This document shows positions 31,094-40,043 of a stretch of 64,000 nucleotides of DNA, piece after piece. Positions within the stretch are counted from its first letter, which is position 1, and each line of letters begins with the position of its first letter. The translations under genes and the position numbers were made by a program. Source of the stretch: an uncultured bacterium. GTDB lineage: Bacteria; Krumholzibacteriota; Krumholzibacteriia; Krumholzibacteriales; Krumholzibacteriaceae. The stretch spans positions 192,001-256,000 of the forward strand of contig CAWBAN010000001.1 of the NCBI GenBank assembly GCA_963786935.1, given 5' to 3'. Under the pieces are notes generated by a model. The model worked only from the letters and a program-made list of their open reading frames with translations, had not been told where the DNA came from and did not search any database.

Positions 31094-31123
31094 TTGACAA
31101 GGGGGTATGGCATCGATTATTTT
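31094..31123 (+). promoter_or_regulatory. Possible sigma70-type promoter of exbB-exbD-exbD-tonB
   Basis: TTGACA (31094-31099), 18-nt spacer, TATTTT (31118-31123). Confidence 0.5.
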
Positions 31124-31276
31124 GCTCACGATAATAAGCAGGTGCACGTGGGATTGGGAGCGTCGCGGATCATTCCCGCTCTTCGCACATCGAGAGCAGC
31201 GCCCGGTCGCGCCGAATGATCCATCGAATCGAGATCAATTATCAAACCGCCAACAGTTGCAGGAGGAGCGCGTGGT

Positions 31277-32137
31277 ATGGCACAGAAGAACCGTTCGACG
31301 TTCGGCCTAATCGTTCTCTTGACCCTTGCTGTTGTCCTTTGCTTCGCGATGGCGACCGCGAATTCGCAGGAGTCCGCCGCCCCCACGACGCCGGCTCAGA
31401 CCGCCGTTTCGGGGCAGGATTCGCTCGGCATGGCGAAGGGCGATTCGATGAGCATCGTCAAGAAGATCGACGACATGAAGGAACGCGCTCGCCTCGGATG
31501 GTTCTATAACGTCCGGTACAGCGGGCTCGGCGATTTCTACGTGCGCGGCGGCGTGTTCATGCATCCGCTGCTCGCGTGCTCGATCATCGCGCTCGTGTTC
31601 ATCCTCGAGAGGCTCTTCACCCTGTCGCGCGCGCGCGTCGACGTGAAGAATCTCATGAACCGCGTGAGCCAGGCGCTCCGCGCCGAAGGCATCGACGCCG
31701 CCCTCAAGGTCTGCGAGGGGACGCGCGGTCCCATCGCGGCGGTTATCCACTCCGGTCTGCTCCGCGCTGGCCAGGGTCCCGACGCGGTGAAGGAAGCCAT
31801 CGAGACGGCCGGCTCGATCGAGACGTCGTTCCTCGAGCGCGGACTCGTGGTGCTCGCCACCGTATCGACCGTGGCGCCGATGTTGGGCTTCCTCGGAACG
31901 GTGTCGGGTATGATGAACGCCTTCGCCGCCATCGCGGCCGCGGAGCAGGTGAGCGCGAAGATCGTGGCGTCCGGTATCGAAGAGGCGCTGATCACGACGA
32001 TCGCAGGCCTCTGTATCGCTATCCCGGCGAGCGTCGGCCACGCGTACTTCGTATCCCAAATCGAGCGCTTCGTTCTCGAGATGGAAGAGGCCTCGGCCAA
32101 CCTCGTGAACGAGCTCGTGGAACTCAACAAGAAGTAA
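31277..32137 (+). CDS. exbB: MotA/TolQ/ExbB proton channel protein
   Basis: N-terminal signal/extension; GGVFMHPL, APMLGFLGTVSGM and GIEEALITTIAGL motifs. Confidence 0.9.
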   Translation: MAQKNRSTFGLIVLLTLAVVLCFAMATANSQESAAPTTPAQTAVSGQDSLGMAKGDSMSIVKKIDDMKERARLGWFYNVRYSGLGDFYVRGGVFMHPLLACSIIALVFILERLFTLSRARVDVKNLMNRVSQALRAEGIDAALKVCEGTRGPIAAVIHSGLLRAGQGPDAVKEAIETAGSIETSFLERGLVVLATVSTVAPMLGFLGTVSGMMNAFAAIAAAEQVSAKIVASGIEEALITTIAGLCIAIPASVGHAYFVSQIERFVLEMEEASANLVNELVELNKK

Positions 32138-32154
32138 GCGAGCGGGTATCTGCT

Positions 32155-32565
32155 ATGGCAATAAAAAGGACCAAACTAGAACCGTCGATTCCCGCGGCTT
32201 CGCTGTCGGATATCATCTTCCTTCTCCTCATCTTCTTTCTGGTGACCACGACGATGTCCGTGGAGAAGGGGCTCCCGATGTCCCTTCCGGGAAAGCAGTC
32301 GCAGACGGTGAAGCTCAAGCAGGACGCGGTGTTCCATATTTCGGTTATGGCCGACGGAACGATATCGACCAAGGAGACCGGTCCGTTGCCTCTCGGCCGC
32401 GTGCGGCCGCTCATCGAAGAGAAGCTCATGGCGAACGACAAGCTCGTGATCGTCATCGAAACGCACCCCGACGCGAACTACGGGATCATGATCGACGTCC
32501 TCGACGAGCTCCGGCTCGCCAAGGCGAACCGGATTTCGCTGAAGACGACGGCGACGGGGGCCTAA
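32155..32565 (+). CDS. exbD: Biopolymer transporter ExbD/TolR
   Basis: IPAASLSDIIFLLLIFF (conserved Asp) and YGIMIDVLDEL; ATG 32155. Confidence 0.9.
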   Translation: MAIKRTKLEPSIPAASLSDIIFLLLIFFLVTTTMSVEKGLPMSLPGKQSQTVKLKQDAVFHISVMADGTISTKETGPLPLGRVRPLIEEKLMANDKLVIVIETHPDANYGIMIDVLDELRLAKANRISLKTTATGA

Positions 32566-32587
32566 GGCGTAAAGGAAGGAATATTCC

Positions 32588-32998
32588 TTGAAGATCAAGA
32601 CGAGACAAAAGGTCAAGAACGAGATCCCGACCGCCTCGATGGCCGATATCATCTTCAACCTGCTCCTCTTCTTCATGGTGACGAGCATCTTCAAGATGGA
32701 GGAAGGGCTTCCGATACAGCTTCCGAGGGCGAAGTCGGGGACCGATACGCAGCGTCAGCAGATCATGCACATCTGGGCGGACCGGTTCGACCGGATCAGC
32801 ATCAACGACAAGCTGGCCCGGGTCGAGCACATCCAGGGCATCGTGGCGAGCATGCTGGAAGAGAACCGCGCCATTATCGTGGCGTTCAACGTCGATCAGC
32901 GCGCGAAGTACAGGGTTGTATCCGATATCATGGAACAGCTGAAGGAAGCGAACGCGATCAACGTGACGTTCACGTCGCTTTACGAGTCGACACCTTAA
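32588..32998 (+). CDS. exbD: Second ExbD/TolR protein
   Basis: IPTASMADIIFNLLLFF and YRVVSDIMEQL; TTG start after AAGGAAGG. Confidence 0.9.
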   Translation: MKIKTRQKVKNEIPTASMADIIFNLLLFFMVTSIFKMEEGLPIQLPRAKSGTDTQRQQIMHIWADRFDRISINDKLARVEHIQGIVASMLEENRAIIVAFNVDQRAKYRVVSDIMEQLKEANAINVTFTSLYESTP

Positions 32999-33016
32999 GC
33001 GCAAAGGGGAATCAGC

Positions 33017-33652
33017 GTGGCCCTCATCGCTGTCGCAAATCAGGAATTCAAGAACAAGTACAACTCGTACCTTCGCGGGTCGCTGTACGTTGTGCTTGCG
33101 ATCCATATGATTCTCTTCTATATCACCCCGACCTTCAAGTTCAAGCCGTACGTGCTCCGTGAGCAATACTTCGAGGCGGTCGAGCTTCCGACATCGTTCG
33201 AGCTTCCGCCGCCGCCGAAGGAAGTGTCGGCTCCCGTTGTACCGATCGAGGCCGCCGAGGGGGATGAGGACGCTTCGGACGCGGACGCATTCGCGCCGAC
33301 GAGCTACAGCAACATCGACGAAGTGCCGATGCCGCCGCCCCCGTCGACCGAACAGGCGCAGGAGTTCTACGCGTTCGACGAGGCGCCCGTGCTCATCAAG
33401 TCCGTCGCTCCGAGATATCCCGACCTCGCCCGCCAGGCGGGCATCGAGGGAACGGTGCTCCTCAACGTGCTCGTCGGCGACGACGGGAAGGTGCTCCAGG
33501 TGAGCGTCATCCAGTCGGATGTGACTCCCGCGATGGAGAAGGCGGCGATGGAAGCCGCGAAGCAGTTTATGTTCAAGCCGGCCAAGCAGCGAACGATGCC
33601 GGTCAGGGCCCGTATGGCGGTGCCGATCAGGTTCAAGCTCCACGGGAACTAG
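33017..33652 (+). CDS. tonB: Energy transducer TonB
   Basis: N-terminal TM with His (LAIH), Pro-rich linker, YPDLARQAGIEGTV TonB C-terminal domain, FKPAKQ. Confidence 0.9.
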   Translation: MALIAVANQEFKNKYNSYLRGSLYVVLAIHMILFYITPTFKFKPYVLREQYFEAVELPTSFELPPPPKEVSAPVVPIEAAEGDEDASDADAFAPTSYSNIDEVPMPPPPSTEQAQEFYAFDEAPVLIKSVAPRYPDLARQAGIEGTVLLNVLVGDDGKVLQVSVIQSDVTPAMEKAAMEAAKQFMFKPAKQRTMPVRARMAVPIRFKLHGN

Positions 33653-33682
33653 CGGCTCGACCGATCGAGCGGAACGAAATTG

Positions 33683-33714
33683 AACGCCCGGCTCGCCACA
33701 GCCGGGCGTTTTTT
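33683..33714 (+). terminator. Rho-independent terminator after tonB
   Basis: AACGCCCGGCT-cgccac-AGCCGGGCGTT stem-loop followed by a T-run. Confidence 0.85.
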
Positions 33715-33832
33715 ATATGGGGCTCGATTCCCTCTGGCGGTGGGGAAGCGATTATGACACAATGATCCGTCGCCGCGCTCGCCCGCCACGGCGGCGCCGG
33801 CGGAGGGCCGGCGGCGCCGGGGCGACAATTAA

Positions 33833-33858
33833 TGAAACTCCGCGGCGGTTCCGACGTA
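33833..33858 (+). promoter_or_regulatory. ECF (sigmaW-type) promoter upstream of the TolC-MacAB operon
   Basis: TGAAAC (33833-33838), 16-nt spacer, CGTA (33855-33858). Confidence 0.55.
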
Positions 33859-33914
33859 AGAATGAAGATAGTATGGTCTTTCGAAACCGGTTACGCAAAG
33901 GGAAGGTAAGCACG

Positions 33915-35264
33915 ATGCGTGAGAGGAAATGCCGTTCGGGATCGGCCGCGCTCGCGATCGCGGCGTTCGTGTTTTCGCTGCTCCCGGCCGCGCTGTGTCC
34001 GGCCCAGGAAACCGTCTACGGCCTCGAGCAGTGCATCGATATCGCCCAGAAGAGCAACCCGGAGATCGCGATCTCGGGCGAGAACTACCGGAAGGCCGAG
34101 GGGAACCTGCTCTTGAATTACGGAAACCTGCTGCCGAATTTCAACCTCGCCTTCTCGACGGGGCACCGGTACTACGGGCCGTCGTCGGTGCAGATCGACG
34201 AGTCGGGTCGGCCCGTCCAGAGCGATGGATTCGATTACGAGGATTACGGCTTCCGTCTCTCGTCGGACATCACCCTCTTCGACGGGGGAGGCAACATCAG
34301 CCGGATTCGCTCGGCGATGTACAACCGCGACGCCGCCCGCGAAGCGCTCCGGTACCGGCGCGACTATATCGCGGCGAGCGTCATCCGGGCCTACTACGAC
34401 CTCGTCCGCGCCCGGATGCTCCTCAAGGTGGAGAAGGAAAGCGTCGAAGCCGCGCGGAAGAACCTCGAGCGCACCGAGGCGCTCCTCCAGGTCGGTTCGG
34501 CGACGCGCGCCGACGTGCTCAAGGCGAAGGTGCGGCATTCCAACACGCGGCTCACCCTGATACAGGTGGAACAGGGCGCGGAGATCGCGAAGCAGGATCT
34601 CCTCGCGTTTCTCAAGATGGACGGACGCCAGGCGTTCGAGGTCGACACGACGATGACGATCGAGTTCAAGGACATCGACGCCGACGCCGAGATCCGGTAC
34701 GCGATGACCGCGCGCTCCGATCTCAAGAGTCTCGAGCACTCGATCAAATCGGCGAAGTCCGACGTTACGTCGGCGCGGAGCGGATGGATGCCCACCCTCG
34801 GCGCGTCGTTCAACTACTACTGGAACGACCGGAAAATGGCGGAGGATCTGAACTTCTTCCAGAACGAGTACTCGTGGGCCGTCACGGGCTACCTGAGCTT
34901 CGACATATTCGACCGCTTCCAGACGAGCTCGAGCTACCGAATCGCGAAGGCGGATGCCCGGATCGCCGAATACAACCTCGACAAGGCGCAGCTCGACGCG
35001 GCGAACCAGGTCAGGAAGCTCATCCTCACGATCACGCAGGCGCGGGAACGGATCACGGTGGCGAGCGAGACCGTCGAGCAGGCGAACGAGGATCTGCGGC
35101 TCGCCGAGGAGCGCTATCGCGTCGGGGCCGGCACGATGCTCGAGACGATCGACGCGCTCGTCGCCGTCACGCAGGCGAAGGCCGCGGTCATCGAGGCGAA
35201 GCGCGACTTCCTCATCGCGACGGCGGACCTCGCCGTCGCCACGGGAAAGCAGATTTACCGGTAA
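33915..35264 (+). CDS. TolC-family outer-membrane efflux protein
   Basis: Signal peptide; [28 protein letters not shown] and [11 protein letters not shown] motifs. ATG 33915 is the preferred start. Confidence 0.88.
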   Translation: MRERKCRSGSAALAIAAFVFSLLPAALCPAQETVYGLEQCIDIAQKSNPEIAISGENYRKAEGNLLLNYGNLLPNFNLAFSTGHRYYGPSSVQIDESGRPVQSDGFDYEDYGFRLSSDITLFDGGGNISRIRSAMYNRDAAREALRYRRDYIAASVIRAYYDLVRARMLLKVEKESVEAARKNLERTEALLQVGSATRADVLKAKVRHSNTRLTLIQVEQGAEIAKQDLLAFLKMDGRQAFEVDTTMTIEFKDIDADAEIRYAMTARSDLKSLEHSIKSAKSDVTSARSGWMPTLGASFNYYWNDRKMAEDLNFFQNEYSWAVTGYLSFDIFDRFQTSSSYRIAKADARIAEYNLDKAQLDAANQVRKLILTITQARERITVASETVEQANEDLRLAEERYRVGAGTMLETIDALVAVTQAKAAVIEAKRDFLIATADLAVATGKQIYR

Positions 35265-35287
35265 CGACTTCGAGGAGGGAGCGTCAG

Positions 35288-35983
35288 ATGCTGATCGAGG
35301 CCGCAGGCATCAAGAAGATATACGAGGTGGGGGTCGTGCAGATCGAGGCGCTCGTCGGGGTCGATCTCGCGGTCGCCCCGAACGAGTACGTCGCGATCAT
35401 GGGGCCCTCGGGATCGGGAAAATCGACCTTCATGAACATCCTCGGCTGCCTCGACACGCCGACGGAAGGGACGTACCGCCTGAACGGCAATCTCGTGAGC
35501 AATCTCGGGGACGACGAGCTCGCGCGGATCAGGAACAAGGAGATCGGCTTCGTGTTCCAGACGTTCAATCTCCTGCCGCGCGCGACGGCGCTGCAGAACG
35601 TCGAGCTCCCGCTCGTGTACGGGGGCGTTTCCGCGGCGGAGCGCCGCGAACGGGCGATGGAAGCGCTCCGGGACGTCGGCCTCATCGACCGTGCCGCGCA
35701 CCGCCCGAACGAGCTCTCCGGAGGGCAGCGGCAGCGCGTGGCGATCGCCCGCGCGCTCGTCAACAATCCGTCGCTCATCCTCGCCGACGAGCCGACCGGC
35801 AACCTCGACAGCCGGACGGGCGAAGAGATCATGCTGATTTTCAAGAAGATTCACGAGGCCGGCAACACGATCATGATCGTCACGCACGAGGAGTACATCG
35901 CCGAGCACACGCAGCGCATCGTGCGCCTGCTCGACGGGAACATCGCGTCCGACGTGAGGGTCGCGGCGGGAAAGCGCTCGTGA
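35288..35983 (+). CDS. MacB/LolD-family ABC transporter ATP-binding protein
   Basis: [35 protein letters not shown] and ADEPTGNLD motifs. ATG 35288 follows GAGGAGG. Confidence 0.93.
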   Translation: MLIEAAGIKKIYEVGVVQIEALVGVDLAVAPNEYVAIMGPSGSGKSTFMNILGCLDTPTEGTYRLNGNLVSNLGDDELARIRNKEIGFVFQTFNLLPRATALQNVELPLVYGGVSAAERRERAMEALRDVGLIDRAAHRPNELSGGQRQRVAIARALVNNPSLILADEPTGNLDSRTGEEIMLIFKKIHEAGNTIMIVTHEEYIAEHTQRIVRLLDGNIASDVRVAAGKRS

Positions 35984-36053
35984 TCGAGCCGCGCGCCGGC
36001 GCGGACGCGTCGTGCGGGGGCGCGCGCGCCCGTTCTATCCGCAAGGGGGGACC

Positions 36054-37403
36054 ATGCAGAAATTGAGGAAACGGTATTTCGTCTTCATCGGCGTCGCGGC
36101 GCTCGTCGCGGCGCTCGTGATCGTCAACCTGCGGGCGCGCGAGAAGCGGGCCCTCGCCGTGCAGACCGAGGACGTCGCCAAACGCGACATCACCATGGTG
36201 ATATCGGCCTCGGGGAGCGTTCGCCCGAAGCGCAAGGTCGATATCAGCGCGAGCAGCATCGGCAAAGTGACGCGCGTGGCCGTGAAAGAGGGGGAGGTCG
36301 TCCGGAAGGGGCAGTTCCTCCTCCAGATCGATCCCGTCGAGCTCGAAACGACCGTCGCGCGGATCCGGGCGATGCTCGAGGCCGCGAAGGCGAACGAGAA
36401 GCAGGCGATCGCCCAGGCGGAGCAGGCGAAAAACGACTACGAGCGCTCGAAAACGCTCCTCGAAGGGGGACATCGCACCGCGCAGGAGGTCGAGGCGTCG
36501 AAGACGAACTGGGACGTCGCGACCGCGCGGCTTGAAGCGGTCGGGCAGGAGATCTCCCAGTACAAGGCGAACCTCGAGAGCGCGCAGCACAGCCTCAAGG
36601 AGGTGACGATCGTCGCCCCGATGTCGGGGATCGTCACGCGGCGGAACGTCGAGGAGGGCGAGATCGCGATCATGGGGACGCTCAACAATCTCGGCACCGT
36701 GCTCCTCACGATCGCCGATCTCTCGACGATCGAGACCGAGATCGAGGTCGACGAGACGGAAGTGACGCATATGAAGATCGGCGACAAGGCCAAGGTGACG
36801 CTCGACGCGTTCCCCGACACGTCGTTCACGGGAGAGGTGACCGAGATCGGGAACAGCCCCATCGTCTCGGGCGCCTCGGCGGCCCAGCAGGGGGTCGATT
36901 TCAAGGTCGTCGTCACGATTCACGGCTCGATTCCGAACGTGCGGCCCGGCCTTTCGGCCGACGCGGAGATCACCGTCGCGGAAGAGAATGACGCGCTGTC
37001 GATCCCGATCCAGAGCCTCACGGCGCGGCGGAAGCGCGACCTGAAGGGATCCGGCGCGGTCGCCGACTCGACGGGGAAGGCGGACGCGAAGGACACGGCG
37101 GATGCGGCGAAGCCGGCGGCCCCGGCGGCCCCGTCCGCCGCGGGGACGGATACGTCGAAATCGGGGGAGGACGAAACCGAGGTCGAGGGCGTGTTCGTCG
37201 TCAAGAATTCGAGGGCCGAGTTCCGTCCCGTCAAGGTGGGCATCTCGAGCCAGAAGTTCTTCGAGGTCACCGCGGGGCTCGCGGAAGGGGAGAAGGTCGT
37301 CAGCGGCAATTTCAAGGCGATCCGGGAGCTCAAGGACGGGCAGCGCGTGAAGATCTCCGGAAAGTCCGAAGCGGGCGCCAAGGACAAGGAAAAGGCGAAG
37401 TAG
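36054..37403 (+). CDS. MacA-like efflux periplasmic adaptor subunit
   Basis: N-terminal TM anchor; VKEGEVVRKGQFL, IVAPMSGIV, VDETEV, RPGLSA and GLAEGEKVV motifs. Confidence 0.9.
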   Translation: MQKLRKRYFVFIGVAALVAALVIVNLRAREKRALAVQTEDVAKRDITMVISASGSVRPKRKVDISASSIGKVTRVAVKEGEVVRKGQFLLQIDPVELETTVARIRAMLEAAKANEKQAIAQAEQAKNDYERSKTLLEGGHRTAQEVEASKTNWDVATARLEAVGQEISQYKANLESAQHSLKEVTIVAPMSGIVTRRNVEEGEIAIMGTLNNLGTVLLTIADLSTIETEIEVDETEVTHMKIGDKAKVTLDAFPDTSFTGEVTEIGNSPIVSGASAAQQGVDFKVVVTIHGSIPNVRPGLSADAEITVAEENDALSIPIQSLTARRKRDLKGSGAVADSTGKADAKDTADAAKPAAPAAPSAAGTDTSKSGEDETEVEGVFVVKNSRAEFRPVKVGISSQKFFEVTAGLAEGEKVVSGNFKAIRELKDGQRVKISGKSEAGAKDKEKAK

Positions 37404-37428
37404 GGAGAGCGGCCCTTCGCCGGCAACC

Positions 37429-38658
37429 ATGCTCATACTCGAGGGAATACGAATCGCGTTGCGCGCCCTCCGCGAAAACAAGCTGCGTACCTCGCTCACG
37501 CTGCTCGGCAACATCGTCGGGACGATGTCGGTCATCGCAGTCGTATCGCTCATCAACGGCATCGATCATTACGTGAGCGAGGAGGTCGCGGAGCAGGGGA
37601 GCAACGTCTTCACGATCGAGCGCATCAACTTCTTCGAGGCGATCACGGACCTCGACGCGTTCCTCGAAGCGCTTGCCCGGAACAAACCGCTCCGACTGAA
37701 CGATGTCGAATATCTCAAGCGGTCGGTCCCCTCGAGCTCGGTGGTCGGCGCCTCCATCAGCGGATCGGAGCGCGTCACCTTCGGAGAATCGTACGTCGAT
37801 AACATCGAGATCAAGGGGCGCTCCGAGGAGTACCCGTTGCTCGAGAAGGCGGATCTCGCGGCGGGGGCGCACATCTCGCGGCTCGAGGTGCAGCGGAGCA
37901 ACGCCGTCGCGGTCATCGGCTGGGACGTCTATCAGCATTTCTTCGCCGGGCGTAGCGCGATCGGAAAGAAGATCAAGATCGGGGATCGCCACTTTCTCGT
38001 CATCGGAGTCGTCAAGAACCTCGGTAGCGTCCTCGGCCAGTCGCGAAACCGGTTCGTATACGTTCCCGTGACGACCTACCTCAAGATGTACGGATCGCGG
38101 CGCTCGATCGAGATCAAGGTCAGGGCCGCCGATATCCGATTCATGCAGCAGGCGATCGACGAGGCGACGATGGCGATGCGTATCAGGCACCGGCTGCGTC
38201 CCCTCGAGAAGGACGATTTCAGCGTCACGACCTCCCAGCAGCTCATTTCCCTCTGGCAGGGCATCTCGAAGGCGATCTTCAGCGCCCTCATTTTCATCGT
38301 CTCGATATCGCTCGTCGTCGGCGGAATCGTTCTCATGAACGTGATGCTCGTCTCGGTGACGGAACGCACGCGCGAGATCGGCGTCCGGAAGGCTCTCGGC
38401 GCCCGCCGGTCTAACATCATCTGGCAGTTCATCGTCGAATCGATCACCCTTTCCCTCGTCGGGGGGATCATCGGGATCGTCCTCGGCTTCACGATCGCCG
38501 CCGTCATTTCGCTCGTTTCGCCGCTTCCGTATCTCATCGCGCCGTGGTCGATCGCGGCGGGGCTCGCGGTGACCTTCTGCATCGGTCTGATATTCGGAAC
38601 GTACCCGGCGAATCGGGCGGCGAGGCTCGATCCCGTGGTGGCGCTCCATTACGAGTAG
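37429..38658 (+). CDS. MacB-family ABC transporter permease
   Basis: NKLRTSLTLLG and VGGIVLMNVMLVSVTERTREIGVRKALGA; ends AARLDPVVAL. Confidence 0.92.
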   Translation: MLILEGIRIALRALRENKLRTSLTLLGNIVGTMSVIAVVSLINGIDHYVSEEVAEQGSNVFTIERINFFEAITDLDAFLEALARNKPLRLNDVEYLKRSVPSSSVVGASISGSERVTFGESYVDNIEIKGRSEEYPLLEKADLAAGAHISRLEVQRSNAVAVIGWDVYQHFFAGRSAIGKKIKIGDRHFLVIGVVKNLGSVLGQSRNRFVYVPVTTYLKMYGSRRSIEIKVRAADIRFMQQAIDEATMAMRIRHRLRPLEKDDFSVTTSQQLISLWQGISKAIFSALIFIVSISLVVGGIVLMNVMLVSVTERTREIGVRKALGARRSNIIWQFIVESITLSLVGGIIGIVLGFTIAAVISLVSPLPYLIAPWSIAAGLAVTFCIGLIFGTYPANRAARLDPVVALHYE

Positions 38659-38666
38659 GTGGCACG

Positions 38667-39938
38667 ATGGTACAGGAAACGTCCGCCCGGGACGGACGGC
38701 TCGGCCGGGAGCTGTGGAAGGAGAATTTCAAACAGGCGACCCACGTCATCCTCACGCACCGGATGCGCTCGGGGCTTCTGATTCTCGGCGTTGCGATCGG
38801 CGTCATGACGGTGCTCGGCATGGTGACGGTGCTCTCGGGACTCGGCAAGCGCGTCGAGCAGGACATCATGTCGTCGAACCGGCCGTTTCTTCATATCGCC
38901 CGGTACGACCCGATGGAGGGGGATCGCGACTTCGCCGCGCTCATGCGGAGGAAGAAACTCAGCGCCGAGGACGCGAAGGCGATCAAGGAGCAATGCCGGA
39001 GCGTCGAGCGTGTCGATTTCGAGGTGAGCCCGGGCGAAGGAATGCGGGTGCTTCGCTACAAGGGGCGCCGGACGGGGCTCCTTCAGGTGGTCGGGACCTC
39101 GGAGAATTTTCCCTACATATTCAGCCTCCAGATGGACGAGGGGCACTTCCTCGCGGAGAGCGACGTCGAGCGCCGCAGACGCGTCGTCGTCCTCGGATCC
39201 GGGCCGGCGAAGGATCTGTTTCCGAACATGGACCCGATCGGGAAATGGATCCGTATCGGGAACTACGAGTATGAGGTGATCGGAACGATGCTGTCGCGGC
39301 GGAGTTTCATCGGGAGCATGAGCGACAATTTCGCCGTCATTCCGCACACGACCTTCGCGAAGGATCATTCGAGCGAGTACGACGACTTCGAGATCGTCGC
39401 CACGGTAAAGCCCGAATATACGCTCGAGGAGTCCATGGACGAGATCACGGCGCTCATGCGGGCCCGCCGCAAGGTCGAACCGGCTGCCGAGAACGATTTC
39501 TACGTGAGCTCCTCGGAGGCGTTCCGCGAGATGATCACCAACATCACGAAGTACATCGGGCTCGTTCTCGTCGTCATCTCCTCGATCGGTCTCATGGTGG
39601 GGGGCATCGGCGTCATGAACATCATGCTCATCTCGGTGACCGAGCGCACGCGCGAGGTGGGTGTGCGGATGGCGCTCGGTGCCACGCGGCACGATATCCT
39701 CCAGCAGTTCCTCATCGAGGCGGCGACGCTCACCGGCGTCGGGGGGATTCTCGGGATCGTCTGCGGGCTGCTCGCCGCGCGCGGGGTGACGAATCTCATC
39801 CGGTTCCCCTACAGCCTGCCGTTCCTTTGGATCGTCATCGCCTTCGTGTTCTCCGCCGGGATCGGGATCGTATTCGGCATGTATCCCGCTAACCGGGCCG
39901 CGAAAATGGATCCGATCGTCGCGCTTCGCGCCGAGTGA
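38667..39938 (+). CDS. Second MacB-family ABC transporter permease
   Basis: RMRSGLLILGVAIGV and VGGIGVMNIMLISVTERTREVG; ends AAKMDPIVALR. Confidence 0.92.
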   Translation: MVQETSARDGRLGRELWKENFKQATHVILTHRMRSGLLILGVAIGVMTVLGMVTVLSGLGKRVEQDIMSSNRPFLHIARYDPMEGDRDFAALMRRKKLSAEDAKAIKEQCRSVERVDFEVSPGEGMRVLRYKGRRTGLLQVVGTSENFPYIFSLQMDEGHFLAESDVERRRRVVVLGSGPAKDLFPNMDPIGKWIRIGNYEYEVIGTMLSRRSFIGSMSDNFAVIPHTTFAKDHSSEYDDFEIVATVKPEYTLEESMDEITALMRARRKVEPAAENDFYVSSSEAFREMITNITKYIGLVLVVISSIGLMVGGIGVMNIMLISVTERTREVGVRMALGATRHDILQQFLIEAATLTGVGGILGIVCGLLAARGVTNLIRFPYSLPFLWIVIAFVFSAGIGIVFGMYPANRAAKMDPIVALRAE

Positions 39939-39962
39939 TCCGGGAAGCGGCCGGGTAATCTC

Positions 39963-39991
39963 TTTACACGGGAAAATCGCGCAACTATACT
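39963..39991 (+). promoter_or_regulatory. Sigma70-type promoter of the GWxTD-oppA operon
   Basis: TTTACA (39963-39968), 17-nt spacer, TATACT (39986-39991). Confidence 0.65.
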
Positions 39992-40043
39992 CCGCCGTAC
40001 GGGAGCATCGGCGACGCGCGGCGCGCGGAGGGGGAGGTGCGCG

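Noticed and set aside
33717..33914. Long N-terminal extension of the TolC ORF, and similar upstream extensions called for ntpB, oppF, oppA, mreD, comF and fba
   Set aside because: Downstream starts have better RBS, signal peptide or family-length fit; the extensions overlap promoters or neighbouring genes.
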